DNA of 64,000 nt from contig CDRNST010000215.1 in assembly GCA_977016875.1 (NCBI GenBank), positions 1,178,001-1,242,000 of the forward strand, read 5' to 3'. Positions 34,191-48,360 of the stretch are shown piece after piece. The translations under genes were made by a program, and so were the position numbers. The notes under the pieces are model-generated. The model ran no database searches. It was not told the origin of the DNA and saw only the letters and a program-made list of their open reading frames with translations. Origin of the DNA: Pavona decussata (Eukaryota). Position 1 is the stretch's first letter; each line of letters begins with the position of its first letter.

Positions 34191-36887
34191 CGTATAAACG
34201 GCCCAAGTGAAAAATTACTAAAATAAAAGTTAATAAGTCACTTCCTAGAAAACATTTTGCGTTTTACACTTGCAGTTACATATGAATGATAGATAATCAT
34301 TTTATTACGTTAAAAAGAAGGACAAATTTGCCTTAGTAAAAATGTGAAAATGTCATCACAATTACTGATAAAGTGGGCTTACCTTGCGACAACTACGTAT
34401 AGCGAAAGATGTAAAGCTACATCGAGGTTTTTGTTATACATTTTTTGGTTACATTGGCGAAAGGATTTTGATATTAAGTAGAAAAATAACCTGAATTACA
34501 TGAAACAAGAGCTCTACCACTGAAAATCGTCTCTCAATATTTTGTTCTTTACTGAGCTATGTAACATTTGCTTTTTCTCCACAGCAAGAAACACTTAAAG
34601 CCACTCATCACTGAGATGCTGAACTTCCATAATTACTATTTATTTACAAAAGTTAACTGTACATTTGCAGGTCTCTTTTTAAAACACAACACGTTTTGTA
34701 GCATTTAACAAGAACCGCAGGAGACTAGTTTGTAATTGAACATTAGCTTGTGGTGTTCAGTTCTTAAGATAACCTTAGCTTATATCCAACAAGGTCGTGA
34801 TTTGTTCCACGTTTGCAAATTGAAATGTTCTTTATCTAGAATTGTCAATAAATGGTTTTGAATTTTTCTAGTTTTTTTCAATAAACAAGTCATTGTTCAA
34901 AAATTAAATTCCTTAACGAAATACAGCTATTACATTTAAGATAACATGCAAAGGGAAAGCTTGCATGCTTTTTCGACCAACATTTAAATGCATGATTACT
35001 AACCTCAAATATTTTCCGTTCTTGTCTCTCGGGATAAGCCTCGTTGCGTTTGCCGGCACTCAATTTCTGACTCTACCAGGGTCTCCCTTAAGTAAGAAAA
35101 CGAAAAGCTTTTCAAAGCTTTGCAAAGAAACAAGACCATATAAATTAAGTGTTTTAAAATTTCTTTAGAAAGAACATTCTAGGTTTGTTTGCAAAATCTT
35201 ATTAAAATGAATGTTTTTCCGGCCGTTACGTTTATAAGGCTATACCAATATTCCTTTCATTAATTAAATATATTTTGTTGACAGAATGTAAAGAGTCCAA
35301 TAATTATAAATATTACATGCATATATTGCATTTATATTGCCTCACCTGAGTTAAGTTTCTGGTCAGTTATTAAATGAAAATTAAAATGGCCTAAGGGCGC
35401 AACATTACCAATATTATTTTAGCCAAGACAGCAGAATAACACCGTTCAGGGATGGATTTGAAGTCTCACCAACTATGTAATTTCCACTACATTGCAGTAA
35501 CTTCCTTTCTGAAGGTCGTTTATTAAACTCAATTTTAATTAAAAAAAGGCCTGCAGAAGTGTATTCGGAAATTGTGGACATTACTGAGAAAGGTCTTGTC
35601 AAACTAGCCCTCCCTCGGTTTATTGATTCACCTGCTGAACACAGTGTTACCTACAATATTACTTATTTTATTGGGTACCAATTATGAGTGAACGTTGGGA
35701 GCGAGAAAGTTGCATTTGAAGAGGTAAATAGTCTGTGCGTGAGTTAATTCTCTACTCTGCCAATGTAGACGAATAACAATGGCCTGATGTACCTAAAGTA
35801 CTCACTCAGACGTGTGAAAATAGCGTGAATTCCTCATAAATACAACACGAATGGGCGGCTTCCGGGCTTTTTCTTGACCACCGTTTATATTAAACATAAA
35901 TAATGATCATAATAATTACTGTAAAGAGGAAACAAGGCTGACTAGCTTTCGAACCATTTGTCTACTTGTCTGTCTGTTTACAAGCCGCCATGCAAGGTGG
36001 TCAGGGGTAATTAAACTCCATTCCCCCGGGGGAATCGCTCTTAGAGAACCCGGGAGGGAAATATGAAATGATTTCTCCGAGGAAGAATAGACTAAAATTT
36101 GCTTTTAGCGATTTCTCCACAATACAAGTTGCAATCCATTTTCACCGCAGCCACCCGCAGACAAAAATGATTGATACTAGTTGCTGTGCATTGTAAAACC
36201 TCTAGAACCCAATATTTAAAAACTCTTGTTTGATCACTTGACCTAATTAAAAACGTAAATCACAGGCAATCTGTTGCAAAGCTAAGATGTGGTAACCATG
36301 ACTTAAAAATTGAAATTGGTAGACATTGTGCTCCAAAAATCCTTGAACATATACGAATTTGTTCCCATTGTTCTTCTGACGAGGTAGAAAATGAAACCCA
36401 TTTTGTTTTTCACTGTAATTTACATGAGCACTGAGTGAATAAGGAAAACGTTTTTCAATGATATAATTTTGAGATATCCCGAGTTTGATGTTCTTAGTGA
36501 ACAAAAGAAAATATTATTTCTCTTTAATAACATTGACCCTTATGTCTGTAAAAAACTAGATTATTTCATTTCTGAGGCTTTTCAGAAAAGTAAACAAAGA
36601 ACATGATTGTGATTCAACTGCTATGTACTTTTTTTTAATATAATTACTACTGTACTTTTATTTATGTTCTTTTTTTGTATGCAATACCATCTATGTATAT
36701 GGGAATGCAAATAAATTGTTGTTGTTGTACGTAGCTTTATTTACATGAAAAAGTAGGTAGTAATAACTGGGAGATCATAGCAGTCATGCGCTCAACTTGA
36801 GCAGCTGCGAAAAGAAAGCTAAAAAAACATTTAGCCTTGAACGGGAACATATGATAATGAAATCTCACTTAAATGATGAAAATCACC

Positions 36888-37270
36888 TTACGCTCGACCA
36901 AGTATGAGCTTCGACATGATTATATCCCGGCTTTCTCTGCCAAAAGTTAACACGACTAAATACGGTCTAAAATCATGGAGATATTTTGCCGCAAAGATAT
37001 GGAACGAGCTAACAAATGATATTAGAATTAAAGCCGGCACTAATGAAGTGAAGAACAAAATCCGATCGCTTAAGTTTTGACTGTTATCAGAATTTTTTTT
37101 CATCCGATTCTTAGTTCTTAGTTTTTACAGTTTTTATACCATGAATTGTTGTTAATTTTTTAGTTTCTAATTTTTAGTATATACTAAGCCGTGGTTTTTC
37201 CTGTAAACCAGCTGATTAAGCTAAGTGTAAATACCTCGTTAAAGAAAGTGTCGTTATCGTTATCATTATC
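36888..37270 (+). mobile_element. 3' fragment of a CR1/L2-group LINE
   Basis: Reads LPKVNTTKYGLKSWRYFAAKIWNEL; T-rich 3' UTR and a (ttatcg)-like tail. Confidence 0.6.
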
Positions 37271-37587
37271 ACTTTCATGTTGCTAAAGCGGAGAAATTTA
37301 TGGTTTTCAGTGGTAACTGAGATTTGTTACCAAATTTAGTCGGGTTACTACAGAAAAGGCTAAAAATACGTAAATTCTCGTTTTTTAAAAAAGAAAAGCA
37401 ATTAAATTTGAATATCATAAAGTCTAAGTTAGTAATTTTGCGATGGACGTAATCCTTACCGGCTAAAATTTCATGCCGTGCTTCGTGGCAGTTGCGTTGT
37501 CAAAATATCCTGCAAAGTGGCCCCACTGATTAATTTATATGCGATTTTAATTTACACCAAATGTGATCCTTTGAAAATCCATTGCGA

Positions 37588-37760
37588 TAGACCATTTCCG
37601 AGTTGCTTTGAGCCTCATTATGAAAGCTAGGTTAAGTGCAAAGTTTTTGTTATAAAAATTAGTTTTCATTCGTATGCAAACAAAACTAATTTTCATTTGA
37701 AAAGCTTTGCACTTAGCCTCGCTTTCATAGTGAGGTTCACAGCAACTCGGAAATGGCCTA
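37588..37760. mobile_element. Palindromic MITE
   Basis: tagaccatttccgagttgct...agcaactcggaaatggccta; self-complementary throughout. Confidence 0.85.
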
Positions 37761-38449
37761 TTAGTTCGCCAGAAGCATGATCCTTTTTAAATGTCAAAAC
37801 AAGCCATAAATAATTTTGGTAACCATGTAAATATTGACCCACTTGACCGACTCGTTTTCCTTAAACAAAGTAAATTTCACGTTGAATATCAAGATTTTGA
37901 ACATTCGGTTGCACCAGAGGGAAGCAAAACAAGATGTCAAAGAACATAAAGCTAAGAGTTGAGAAACAGAACCAAGTTGATTCTTGCGTGCAGTGTTTCC
38001 TTGGCGGTGAGGCTATTTCATGCAAAGTTAAGCAGCTGGTTAAGCATTTGAGCTTGTCATGTACACAATTGAATGAATGTCCCTGAACGTGAAAGCCGGA
38101 TGAAGACTTTTAAACACTTACGTCTTAAAAGCTTTCTAAAGACGTTCTCTGGTTAAAGTTTAAAAACACTAAGCTTTCGATTGCCAGTCTGCAATCTTTA
38201 AAAAGTGAGATGTAAAAAGCGAAGGCAGAAATATATAACGAACAAATATGAATAAATACAATAATACAAGGGAAATACTAGTGTGAAGAAAAAATATTGA
38301 TGACATGAATCGAATAAAGTTATAATAAAATTGAGTATTGTCTTTGCAGATGTTTAGCATTATTGTCTGCCTGGCTAGTTATTGCATAATCTCGTACCCA
38401 GATCTCACATTTCGACATTCCCGAACCGACTGAGATCAGGGTACGAGAT

Positions 38450-38850
38450 TCGTTAGCGCAGTGTGCCAAGATTCCAGCGTTTTTCTTACGCGTGAATTGC
38501 CTCTGTCGATGACACGCGCATTCTTAAAATCAATAGTATGGCCTTCGAGCCACGCATGGCTGGCAACGTTGGAACCACTTTTAAAAGCTTTGGTGTTTCG
38601 AATATGTTCCTTTTTCCTAGCGTGTAAACATCTGCTCGTTTCTCCAATGTAACTCCATGTGCAGTCCACACTGGGGATTTTATAGACAAAGTTCGTTTGC
38701 CGATCTGATGGGGGTCTAGATTTAGGAGACACAAATTCCTGTTGCAGGGTCTTGACCGGTCTGGTGGTGGCACGGATACCGTTCTTGTTAAGAATTCTTG
38801 TAAGTGGTTCAGTGACGCCTTTGATGTATGGTAAAACTGCAAAGCCATTT
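38450..38850 (-). mobile_element. Penelope-like element fragment (linker plus GIY-YIG endonuclease)
   Basis: GFAVLPYIKGVTEPLTRILNKNGI..NFVYKIPSVDCTWSYIGETSRCLHARKKEH..SNVASHAW..HTIDF..RKTLESWHT. Confidence 0.88.
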
Positions 38851-39120
38851 TGTCTTAAAAGCTGTTATCGACTGAAACAGAAATGTTTCATTTCATGTTT
38901 TATTTCGACTGAAATGTTTCCTTGGCGGCGGGGCCATTTCATACAAAGTTGAGCATTTGAGCTTGTCATGTGCACAATTGAATGAATGTCCCTGAACGTA
39001 AAAGCGGATGAAGACTTTTAAAGCACTTACGTCTTAAAAAGTGTTATCGACTGAAACAGAAATGTTTCCTTGGCGGCGAGGCCATTCCATGCAAAGTTGA
39101 GCATTTGTCATGTACACAAT

Positions 39121-39556
39121 ACGAATGAGTGTTTCTAATACGTGGTGAAGTAAGCGGTTGCACGACTAGAAGCTCCCAACTTTTGCAAATCCCCCTATTT
39201 AAATCTAGATCTGGACAAAAGGCTGAAAAGGACATCCTATTATCGTATAGTAAGTCTGTGGAACAGTTTGGACAATTCCTTTAAACTCTGCAACTCTGTT
39301 TTTATTTTTAAGCGTAAACTTCGAGCCAACTTATTCGCCGCTTTCCTTTCTAGTCTGTCTTAGCTTTTACGTAAAGATTTTCTCGTTATTTTTAGCGACC
39401 ATTCTTTAGCTTAATTTTTACTTTTCTTTTATAAATCATTGCATCTTTGTAACTTTTAGATTTGCTATCGTTTTTATATATAATGTTGTAAAATATTTAT
39501 TGTTGTCACTGAAAAGCCCTTTTCAGGGAGTGTCATTAAAGTTTGCATTGTATTGT
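39121..39556 (+). mobile_element. 3' fragment of an L2/CR1-group LINE
   Basis: TRSSQLLQIPLFKSRSGQ..YYRIVSLWNSLDNSFKLCNSVFIFKRKL; ctgaaaagcccttttcag stem-loop and (attgt) tail. Confidence 0.65.
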
Positions 39557-40822
39557 AATGTCCCTGAACGTGAAAGCGGATGAGGAGTTTTAAAGCACTT
39601 ACGTCTTAAAAGCTGTTATCGACTGAAACAGGTGATTTTAACACAATTCGGCCATTCTGTTACACCGGAAAGAATTTTTTTCGATGCAAAGATGACTTTA
39701 AATTTTCCTTAGATTTCTAATAAATTTACTGAAGATCCAGACGTTCAAAGAAAAAACTTTGAGTGAGGGACCTTATTGGGTGGACAAATCCAAGGGGACG
39801 AGTTGCTGAAGTGAAAAGTTCTTGCAACCAATCGGCGATATTATAACACAAGGTAAGGATGCATGAGTCTCTGTGACAAGGTGCAGGGGCAATTCCTCTG
39901 TGAAAATACGATTTAATTACTGTCACACAGTGTCGCTACCATTCAAGGCAGCAGTGATATTACCACTACACCTCGGGTGAACCTATTCTTTATACGGTAT
40001 TGCAAAAGCACAAACAGTAAACCTAAACTACATCAGCGACGATTGATAACGAATTTTCACGCAAATTAAAATAGGGTGACAGAAATTAACTTGATCAACT
40101 GCACATTTGTATAACAATAGTTATTAGAGTTCATCAGATCTCGGTTTAGAAGTTGTTTTGATTTATTATTGTTTAAAATTTGGAAAATGTGTCTCTTTGT
40201 TTTCATTAACCTTACCCTTAGTGGTTGAGGAACCCTTTTAATTAACTTAGTACCAATTTTAACATAGGATGCTCTCATATCAGAGCGAATGAATGAAAAA
40301 AGTTCATCTAACGTGACTCTTGTTAGTGTGGCGGCCATTTTGAATTTTTTAAGACGCAGTGGCCATACGCAAATATGAATATCTGACTGTCTTGTCGATC
40401 CTCATCAACATCATCATAATTAGTTTTGCGTACTTCAACGGTTTGGCTAGCACTTGGCAGTTGTTTGGTTACTATTTATTTAGGGATCCTGTGTCAGCTG
40501 AATTAAGTTTTTTGTATAGTGTCCATGAATTGTCGCCACCCAGAACACACAATGGTCAAATGTGAATTTTTGTTCACTTTTACTTTTTAAAGAAACAGGA
40601 ACCAAAAGTACGATTAGTTGCCAGGCAATTTTTAATGCTTTCCTGCAAGTAATCGATACAGGTGTGATACAGGTGTTACTACGAATATAATCCTCTGCTT
40701 AAAACCTCCATGCAATTTTTTTCATTTATTAATTATGAGGTTGTTAAAATCATAAATGTAAAAGAGTCCACTGAAGTTTTTATACATCGAATCTTCAGGT
40801 AAACGTTTCCCAGCGTCAGAAT

Positions 40823-42713
40823 TTACAGAAAGGGGTTACTGGGGATGATCGCCTTCATCGCTTGACGCAAGGTAGTATTCCGCAAAATCTGAATAACGGG
40901 GTTCAAGGAAGACACAAGACAGCTAATGGTGACCGCCCAAGGAAACAGGATATTGGACGTGACGATGTTTCGTTCCATATTTAGGAGTACAAGTACCGGT
41001 AGCAACGACAATAGCGTTGTCACCGTGTACAAACCCATGTCTTTGAAGGCCTTTTTCTCTCTTTTGAAGAGAATCACCTGTTGCAAATTGTGAGTGGCAT
41101 CAAAGATCTTCCTGTTGTAAGCACGGATTGCAAGGAAGGTCAGAATGTGGGCGCCAATAGGAATGACCATGACTGATGTGAGGGTGATGCTTTCCAGTGG
41201 CTGATAGATGACTTTAGGAGCGACAGTCTCGAGAAGGACAGTGTAAACTAACCAGATAACCCATGCACCAACCACAGTCTTCACCATACCTGTAAAAACA
41301 TATATATTTTTAAAAAATCCTTGCATAGCCGAATTTACTAATATAATTTCTATTAAACATTAAAGGGAGGGGTTCACATTTCAGCGCATGTGCATGAATC
41401 TAAATGCTTGTTTCTCTTTCTTATCAACTTTATGGCCTTGAAAAACCCACTCACATGTACTTCAGTAATCACATTCTATAATTAGTCCAAGCAAAATGAC
41501 TGTTGACAAAATTCACAGAATATGCTAGTGGATTGTACTCATATTTTGTTGATATTGAATTTAGCGTTGACCCGTAGGATTTATTCCACGGTTGATGTGT
41601 TTACAGTTATTTGCATGCGAAATAACGCAATCATATGAAAAAATTACCACCCGAGTTACCTATTCCCTTCCGAATGGTTCATAAAATGAGTGAGCGGATG
41701 GAAATTGGCCTAGTTTATACAGATCTGTGGCAATGCAAAAGATTTTTTGAATCAGGCTGATTTCCATCCCATGCTACACCAACAGAAAAACTGAGAAAAT
41801 GGTCGACAAATTGTAACATGTGAGTTAGCTCATGCGATTGAACCTAGTAATTGGGCCGAAAAATTGGTTCGTATATGTAAATTAACTTTTATTCAGACCA
41901 AGTGTGGACGAATTCTTTTCAAGGAAATGTGAACCGGTTTATACGTTTCTTTTCGATATTCACCAAAAAGTCGCCAAGGTTCGCGATTTTTACACTTTTT
42001 CTGAAAACTTCTTGCCATAGCATAACTACAAACTGTGTTTTGGCAGGCAGGTATTTGAAAGCTTTAATTTTCGTGTTCTAGTGGTTTCTTGATGAAAAGC
42101 AGAAAAAAAATTAAATGGTTATCAGTTAGCGTTATTTGATAGTTTTGGTTACTATTGAGTCAATTTCGGTGTTGTTTGGATGTGTTTTGTTCAGAATTGA
42201 TCAGAACATACCTGGCAATGTTACCCTTGTCGAATGAGCAAGGGGCTTGGACACAGCGTATAACCTTTCGACACTTGTGATTGTCAAGTTAAAGAATGTG
42301 CAGCCGACAACAAGGAAGAGAAGAGACTTGCTTGCTTGGAAGAGGTGTACTAATGCGCATGGGTTCTCGGCATGATGCAAAGAAAGGCGCCATGTTATAT
42401 ACACTGGCTGGGTCACCAGGCCTGTAAGACAATCAGCGGTGGCCAGGCCACACAGCAGCACATTGACTGGGCGGTGAAGTGAAGGAGTACGGATGACAGC
42501 TACAATGATGATCAGATTGACCAGGAATGCAAAGATGGCGGACGGAAAGTTGACAATAGTTATCATGACGTCACTAACGTACACAGACTTGATGTTAATA
42601 GCGTTCAGAATCCGAGGAGGAAGACATGGCGAAGATTGCTGTGGGTTAAAAGTTGTGTCGTTTGATGAATTTTTGGAGACGTCTAATAGTGTGCCATTGA
42701 TTGTCATGTTCAT
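40823..42713 (-). CDS. Rhodopsin-class GPCR, paralogue B (~322 aa)
   Basis: Exons 42713-42212 and 41289-40823 (969 nt, phase 1); same intron position as paralogue A; shared IRTPSLHRPV, ADCLTGLV, QASKSL, ERLYAV, FKREKKAF, NPVIQ. Confidence 0.88.
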
Positions 42714-44189
42714 ATTTCTGTTGGAATAGAATCTATTCGCTTGTCTTGAGTTCCTACAAGATGCAGCCGTCAAATTCTAAGAAGAAGAAGATAGAAAAAA
42801 ACACTACTTCAATTTAAGTAGTCAATACCTCCAGGAAAAATATTTTTTAGCACTTCACTCCAAAAATTTTCCATCCAAGGTATCAGCATAAGGGAAAGGC
42901 TAATGAGCCGATCCCAGAAGCCCATGACCTGAAACTAACAAGTCACATATCTCCCTTTGGAGATATCATTTTCTCCGTCTAACGTTACCATGGTGACCAT
43001 GGTCGACATTTACGTAAGTGCATATGCTTCCCACGGCATTAATTAATGGTCATTAATGGTAGAAGGGTTTGCATTCAAGGCTGACAGCTGAGAATTGGCA
43101 AAAATTTTAACTGTCAACCAAGGAAGGGTGTTGTTTTAAACTGATAGCTGAGAAATATTAATATTAGTTTAGATGACTAAACTTTGCCTGATTAGAGTGT
43201 GAATTTTACTTGCAAATAACTTAACAACGAGGTCGTGAATTCGGCCAAGTCCCGAAAACGATTGAAATCACTCGAAAGTCTTTGGAAATCTTCGAATGAT
43301 CCACATCACTGTTGGGCTAATGAGAGGGATACTATTGATATGAAAATAACCCGACAGGAGAGAATTCAGTACCCCCATGAAGACCTTCGACTCCAGGTTG
43401 AGTGTTGCTAGCATGGATTAAATTTGAAGTCGATTACTGCAATTTATTGATTTCATTATTCGTTTCCGTGATCCGATCTTCAAATGAAACTACCAACTTC
43501 AAAATGAAATGACTCATTTCCAACCCTGACCAGTCTTCGGGCATTCGTCGGGCATTAGTCATTTTGTGAATCCACATTGAAGGGAGAATGGTCACGACTG
43601 AGCCAAAACTCGATATAAAGCTGAATTTTCATTGGATAAACGCTTGCTTCACTTCATGCATCGGGCGCATGGGTTTGTAGTCTTTGCCTGAACGCGCTGC
43701 AAATGATCCCCGACTAGAAATGACCCCCAAACTGAACCGCAAATGATCCCTAGAGTAGGACCGCAAATTATCCCGTGAAAATCTTATGGAAGGCGAGGAC
43801 GGCAGGGAGTGTAATGTTGTGGACAGTGGATTGGATAATGAAATGTCTTGGAAATTAGTGGACCGGCGGAGGAATGTCGTGAAAAGTAAAATTTTGTCGA
43901 CAGTGGAATGGTGTGAACAGTAGCCGGACTGTCATGTGGAGTGAAATTGTGTGGACAGTAGAATGTCGAGGACAGTGCCAGAACTGTCAGCTCATGCAGC
44001 AATCTGTGATTCCAGTCAGCGTTATGATCTGAAAAATTATTCCAGTCCGTCTTTAATCATACTTTTGGCTTGTGTGAAAATTTAAATTTTATAAACAAAA
44101 CAATAAAATGGCTTGTTTACTCTACCGTGTACTTAGCAACAATGGAAATCAATATGACAAGATAGAGTCTAACGCGTTTTCTTTTAGGG

Positions 44190-44816
44190 ACCGAAACCCT
44201 TATTAAGCCGCCACTTATTAATCTGCTTCAGCCTCTGATCGAACGGCCAGTGATTAAAAGTCTCAAAACTGTTCGGTCAGCAAAAAACTGTGAATAGAAC
44301 CACCATTCAGTGGTCACCTGTTTTAAGAGGCCGCGACCAATTGTTGAATTGTTATTGTTGTTACCCCGATTAAGTGGTCGCCAAAAAGTTAATAAAAGTT
44401 GAGTTTGCCGACTCAGGCTTTGTCCCTGTCGCATTGGAAACATCCGAATACAATTCTCTTTTTGAAGCACTGATTCCAACCATGTTAATGTCGACTTTCG
44501 TTATATGGTTCTTGATCTGAGTCAAGACCCAATCTACAATATTTTCTTGAGAGGCCAATGTTGCGCTAGTTTTAAAGGATACCTGCAGTATTTCTGTGAC
44601 AATTATCAGTGTAACTTTGAATCCGCGAGGAATGGGTTGTCCTATGTGTTTTCAAATAAAGTGGCGTTTCTAGGGGTACTGATGCTACTGTTTCTGATAA
44701 ATTAAACTCCTGTTTAGAGGCCAACTCTATCACCCTGATAGCGTTTGAAGTGCTTTTCAAAGCAGTCATTTCAAGCTGCCTTTCCCTGACAGTGGCCGCC
44801 TGATAGGGGTTCCACT
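44190..44816. mobile_element. Degenerate pogo/Tigger-like element
   Basis: gaaacccttattaagccgccac / gtggccgcctgataggggttccac imperfect TIRs. Confidence 0.4.
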
Positions 44817-46436
44817 ACTTTTCCCAAATTATTTCCTGTCATTTTTGTGCCACCGAAGTGCAGAGAATGCATGGAGAAACACCTTTGTGAATTAAAAAAA
44901 GTCAGCTTTACGACCCAGAAATTTATAAGGTTGCTTCGTGTGACTCGTATCGGTTAGATTTGAAAGGGGAAATACACTTTTGAGTTTAGATCTAGTGGTA
45001 ATCAATTTCCATACATGTTCCCTGGTTGATGCTAACTATAGCGTGATAAGGTCTATTTTATCGAACTGTAAACGCCGTGAGGCTTTTAGATATTGTTACT
45101 GCGTGTACGTTGTAAAACAGGGAACTTTCCGTTTTGTACAGTGGAATTACCAAATTAGTTATTAGCTGTGAATCTAAATTGATACTCTTCCTACAGCTGC
45201 GTGTACGTCTTGCCATTACTTTGGCCCCAGTGGACTTACCATAACAACAAAAAAGGCTCGCACAGGTCTGTGATTGCTTAGACCGCTAACAGTTGCAGTA
45301 CTCCTTCAGTTGAAGATTTAGTTGTTAGCACGGTAGTAAGCAATTTGTGAATTCAAGCTATTGGAAAAGAATATATTTACCTTGTCGACTAAATTTATGA
45401 AGAGCAGTAAGACCGCGCGTAAGGATGAAGTGCTAATACGAGAACTAATACGATTTGTTGGCCGGACCGGACACAAACTTGTCTGATGGAGTTTGCTCTA
45501 AAATCTCATGGCCTTACGGTAAAAGTATGCGGAATTTGTTAATTTTTTCGGCGCCCTGATTTTTTACTGCTGCATGTCTATTCTTGGAAAAAAAAAAATC
45601 GGCCTGCTGGCTGTGGTCCTATATGACATCAATGAGTTGCTTGAGCCAAGAAGGAACCGACTGAATAAAACTTCTGGTAAATCCGGCGACCAGGTGTACT
45701 ATGGACAGAGCTAACCTAGGCCTGATGATAGTTTGAGTAGTCATTGGCAGTAACTGGCATTTAATTTACCCTTATTGCCAGCCAAGAGTTAAACAGGACA
45801 AAGCCTTAAAAGTATCAAGACAAAATTACCTTAAGTTTCCTTGTGGTATTGGCTACCAATTCGAGCTAGACGCAAAGATCGGAGTGATAACTGCAAAACC
45901 TACCGCAGCGCAGTTGCCTTGGCTGGAGGCTTTATATTGATCTCCAAAAATGAAAAGTCCTTTATGGTGAACGTTTTAATTTCGTGCAATTCTGCGCCGC
46001 CGATGGATTTGTAGAAAAATTAATTTCTAAGATTCATAGCAAGACACAATTAACTTCGCTTCTTAAGTGGAACTCGTTTTATTAAAGGCGGCTTTTCAAT
46101 CGTGCTGTGTGACGGAAAGAAAGAAAGATTTGAGAAAAGTTTCCGATCAATCATATATGGACGGATTTCACTTTTATATATATTGCAATTCTACAGCTAC
46201 CAATTAGACCATGAAGTAAAATACAATTGCACAGACCATTCAATAACCGCTTTTTGTTTGGCCTAAGGCGAAGCGGTTATACTGTCGACTGGACGAGATA
46301 TAATAAAAATAAAAGTAAAAAAACTAAATCATCTTATCAAGTGTCAATGTGTTTAGTGTCAATGCATAAAGCAAAAGTGTACTAAATTTGGCGATTATGA
46401 AGTTTAACTTTATATGTGGGTTGAAACTCTAAGATT

Positions 46437-46629
46437 TTCACGTCTACCAAAAAATTTGGAGACCGATCGTTGGAGAGATTTTACCTTGTAGACACGAAAA
46501 CGTGATTTAATATTTATGATCGATATGTCATGATATGAAATATCGATCATGAATATTACTGATATCTTTCGTGTCTTCAAGATAAAATCTCTCCAACGAT
46601 CGGTCTCCAAATTTTTTGGTAGACGTGAA
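46437..46629. repeat. Long inverted repeat (palindromic MITE-like)
   Basis: ttcacgtctaccaaaaaatttggagaccgatcgttggagagatttta is perfectly inverted at the right end. Confidence 0.9.
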
Positions 46630-47604
46630 GAACTGACTTTTTGGTTCAATGACGAACACAATTCTCATTCATCTGAGTAAACAACAGGTCGTTTTTATGA
46701 TTATACAATATAATGCCGTTAGGGTTCAGAAACGTCTATACTGAGCCGAAAATTAGGAATTCTCATGGTAAAGAAATATAGAAATGAATCAGTGCAAAAT
46801 GATGGAAAAGCTCCCTCAAAATGCTGAATTTCGACAAAAGCTTAATATTCAATGAAGCCTTCATTCGGAATGAATAACTGTGAAGGATAAGCTAGGATGA
46901 ATAATAAGCAATCAGCAATTGCGCATTTCCTTTGCGAATTGTAACGTTACCTGATATATACATGTATTGCATCGTATGGAAATGTAACTATTGTAGCAAA
47001 TAATTTATATTTCACTCTGTAAGTTTTGAATGCCTTTCTGTAGCAATATATGTAAGCACTGTACTGTCGCTAGTTTTCTTTTGATCATGATGTATGTTAA
47101 CCAAGTAGTGTTAACTGTAAGTATTATATTGTAATTAGGGTCACTAGTGCTTGTCATTAAATAACAATAAAAAATATTTCCAGTACAGTATTTCCTTATT
47201 CTTTGACGAGTGATCCATTTCAACTTTGAATTTAATTGGAATTTCAAGACCATCCTGTACAAGAGGAGGTCGTCAATAATCTCAACATTTATGACACCAC
47301 CTCATAAAATTGCATAAAGCGTGTAACTCCCTTGGTAGGTGTCCAGCTGGGTGACATTATAGCAGGCTATTGACTCACAGAGTGGTCTTGAAATTCCAAT
47401 TAAAATCATTGTTGAATCAAGCAATAAGAAAGTTCTGGAAGGATACAAAGATCTGGTTCAATATAACTGCAAGGAGCTGACAAATGTTAACTTTGATGAC
47501 TGTACTACGGGTAAAGAGGTTTAGGCAGAATAACAAGCTGAAGAAAACCGTGAGTGAATCGGAAGAAGAGTGCTAGTCGAACACAAGACCGGAAAGATGT
47601 TTCC

Positions 47605-48360
47605 ATACATCACATACATTACATACATACATTTATTTATTTACCGGCACGGGATGAGTGAGGTGGGTTAGACCTCTAGCAACAAGATGTGCTGATTTGC
47701 CGAGAAAATAAATTTCAGGACAATAATAAATTAACAAAAATCATTAATTATCTTGAAATAACAAATACAATAATAGCAACTAGAATTTAAGGCGACGCAC
47801 AGCTTTGTAAAAAGAGGATATTGTTTTTAAGGATCGTAAGCTCTTGGAAATATTATTCCAAGTGACAGCAGCTTAATACCTTACAGATTACAGACATGCT
47901 CCAAGGACGGATAGCCTGTTACAGTTTTAATTCAGGAAAATTTACTACAAGGCCCGGCTCAGAACTCCTGAAGAACATTTCAGAATAGGACATTTTCACT
48001 ATGGCGTCATTTTACTACAACTACCAGAATCCTTCTGGTTTTTCTTTTCTCATGCTAGTTGGAGTTATTGTTCTTTGCTCTCCCCTGGGATTACAAAATT
48101 TGCATTTGAAAAGGAAAACAAAATGAATTCTGGTAGTTGTAGTAAAATGACGCCATCATGAAAATGGCCTATGCTTATCGTTTTGTTATACTGGTATTAA
48201 ATTCCACGTTTTTAAATTCAATGAGGCACGTCACAGGCCAACTTAGTAGGTTACAAGGGAGGATCCAATGAAGGATACAATTAAAAAATACTGCATTTGT
48301 AAATGATACGGTAACATTTGATAGGAGATGAAGTTTGCCAACGGGTTATTCTCGTCCCCA
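47605..48360 (-). mobile_element. Degenerate LINE 3' fragment with (TATG)n tail, interrupted by a MITE
   Basis: (cata)n at 47605-47631; minus strand ..gctgtcacttggaataatatttccaagagcttacgatcc.. reads AVTWNNISKSLRS. Confidence 0.45.
47986..48171. mobile_element. MITE with long TIRs
   Basis: taggacattttca..atggcgtcattttactacaactaccagaat / attctggtagttgtagtaaaatgacgccat..gaaaatggccta. Confidence 0.85.

Larger units (their letters stand above)
37994..39631. repeat. ~150-bp tandem repeat (3-4 copies) interrupted by retroelement fragments
   Basis: tgtttccttggcgg..ttgtcatgtacacaattgaatgaatgtccctgaacgtgaaagc..cacttacgtcttaaaagctgttatcgactgaaacag recurs at ~37994, ~38914, ~39063 and ~39557. Confidence 0.8.

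Noticed and set aside
44370-44769. Short minus-strand ORFs inside the pogo-like remnant
   Set aside because: No identifiable domain or splice structure
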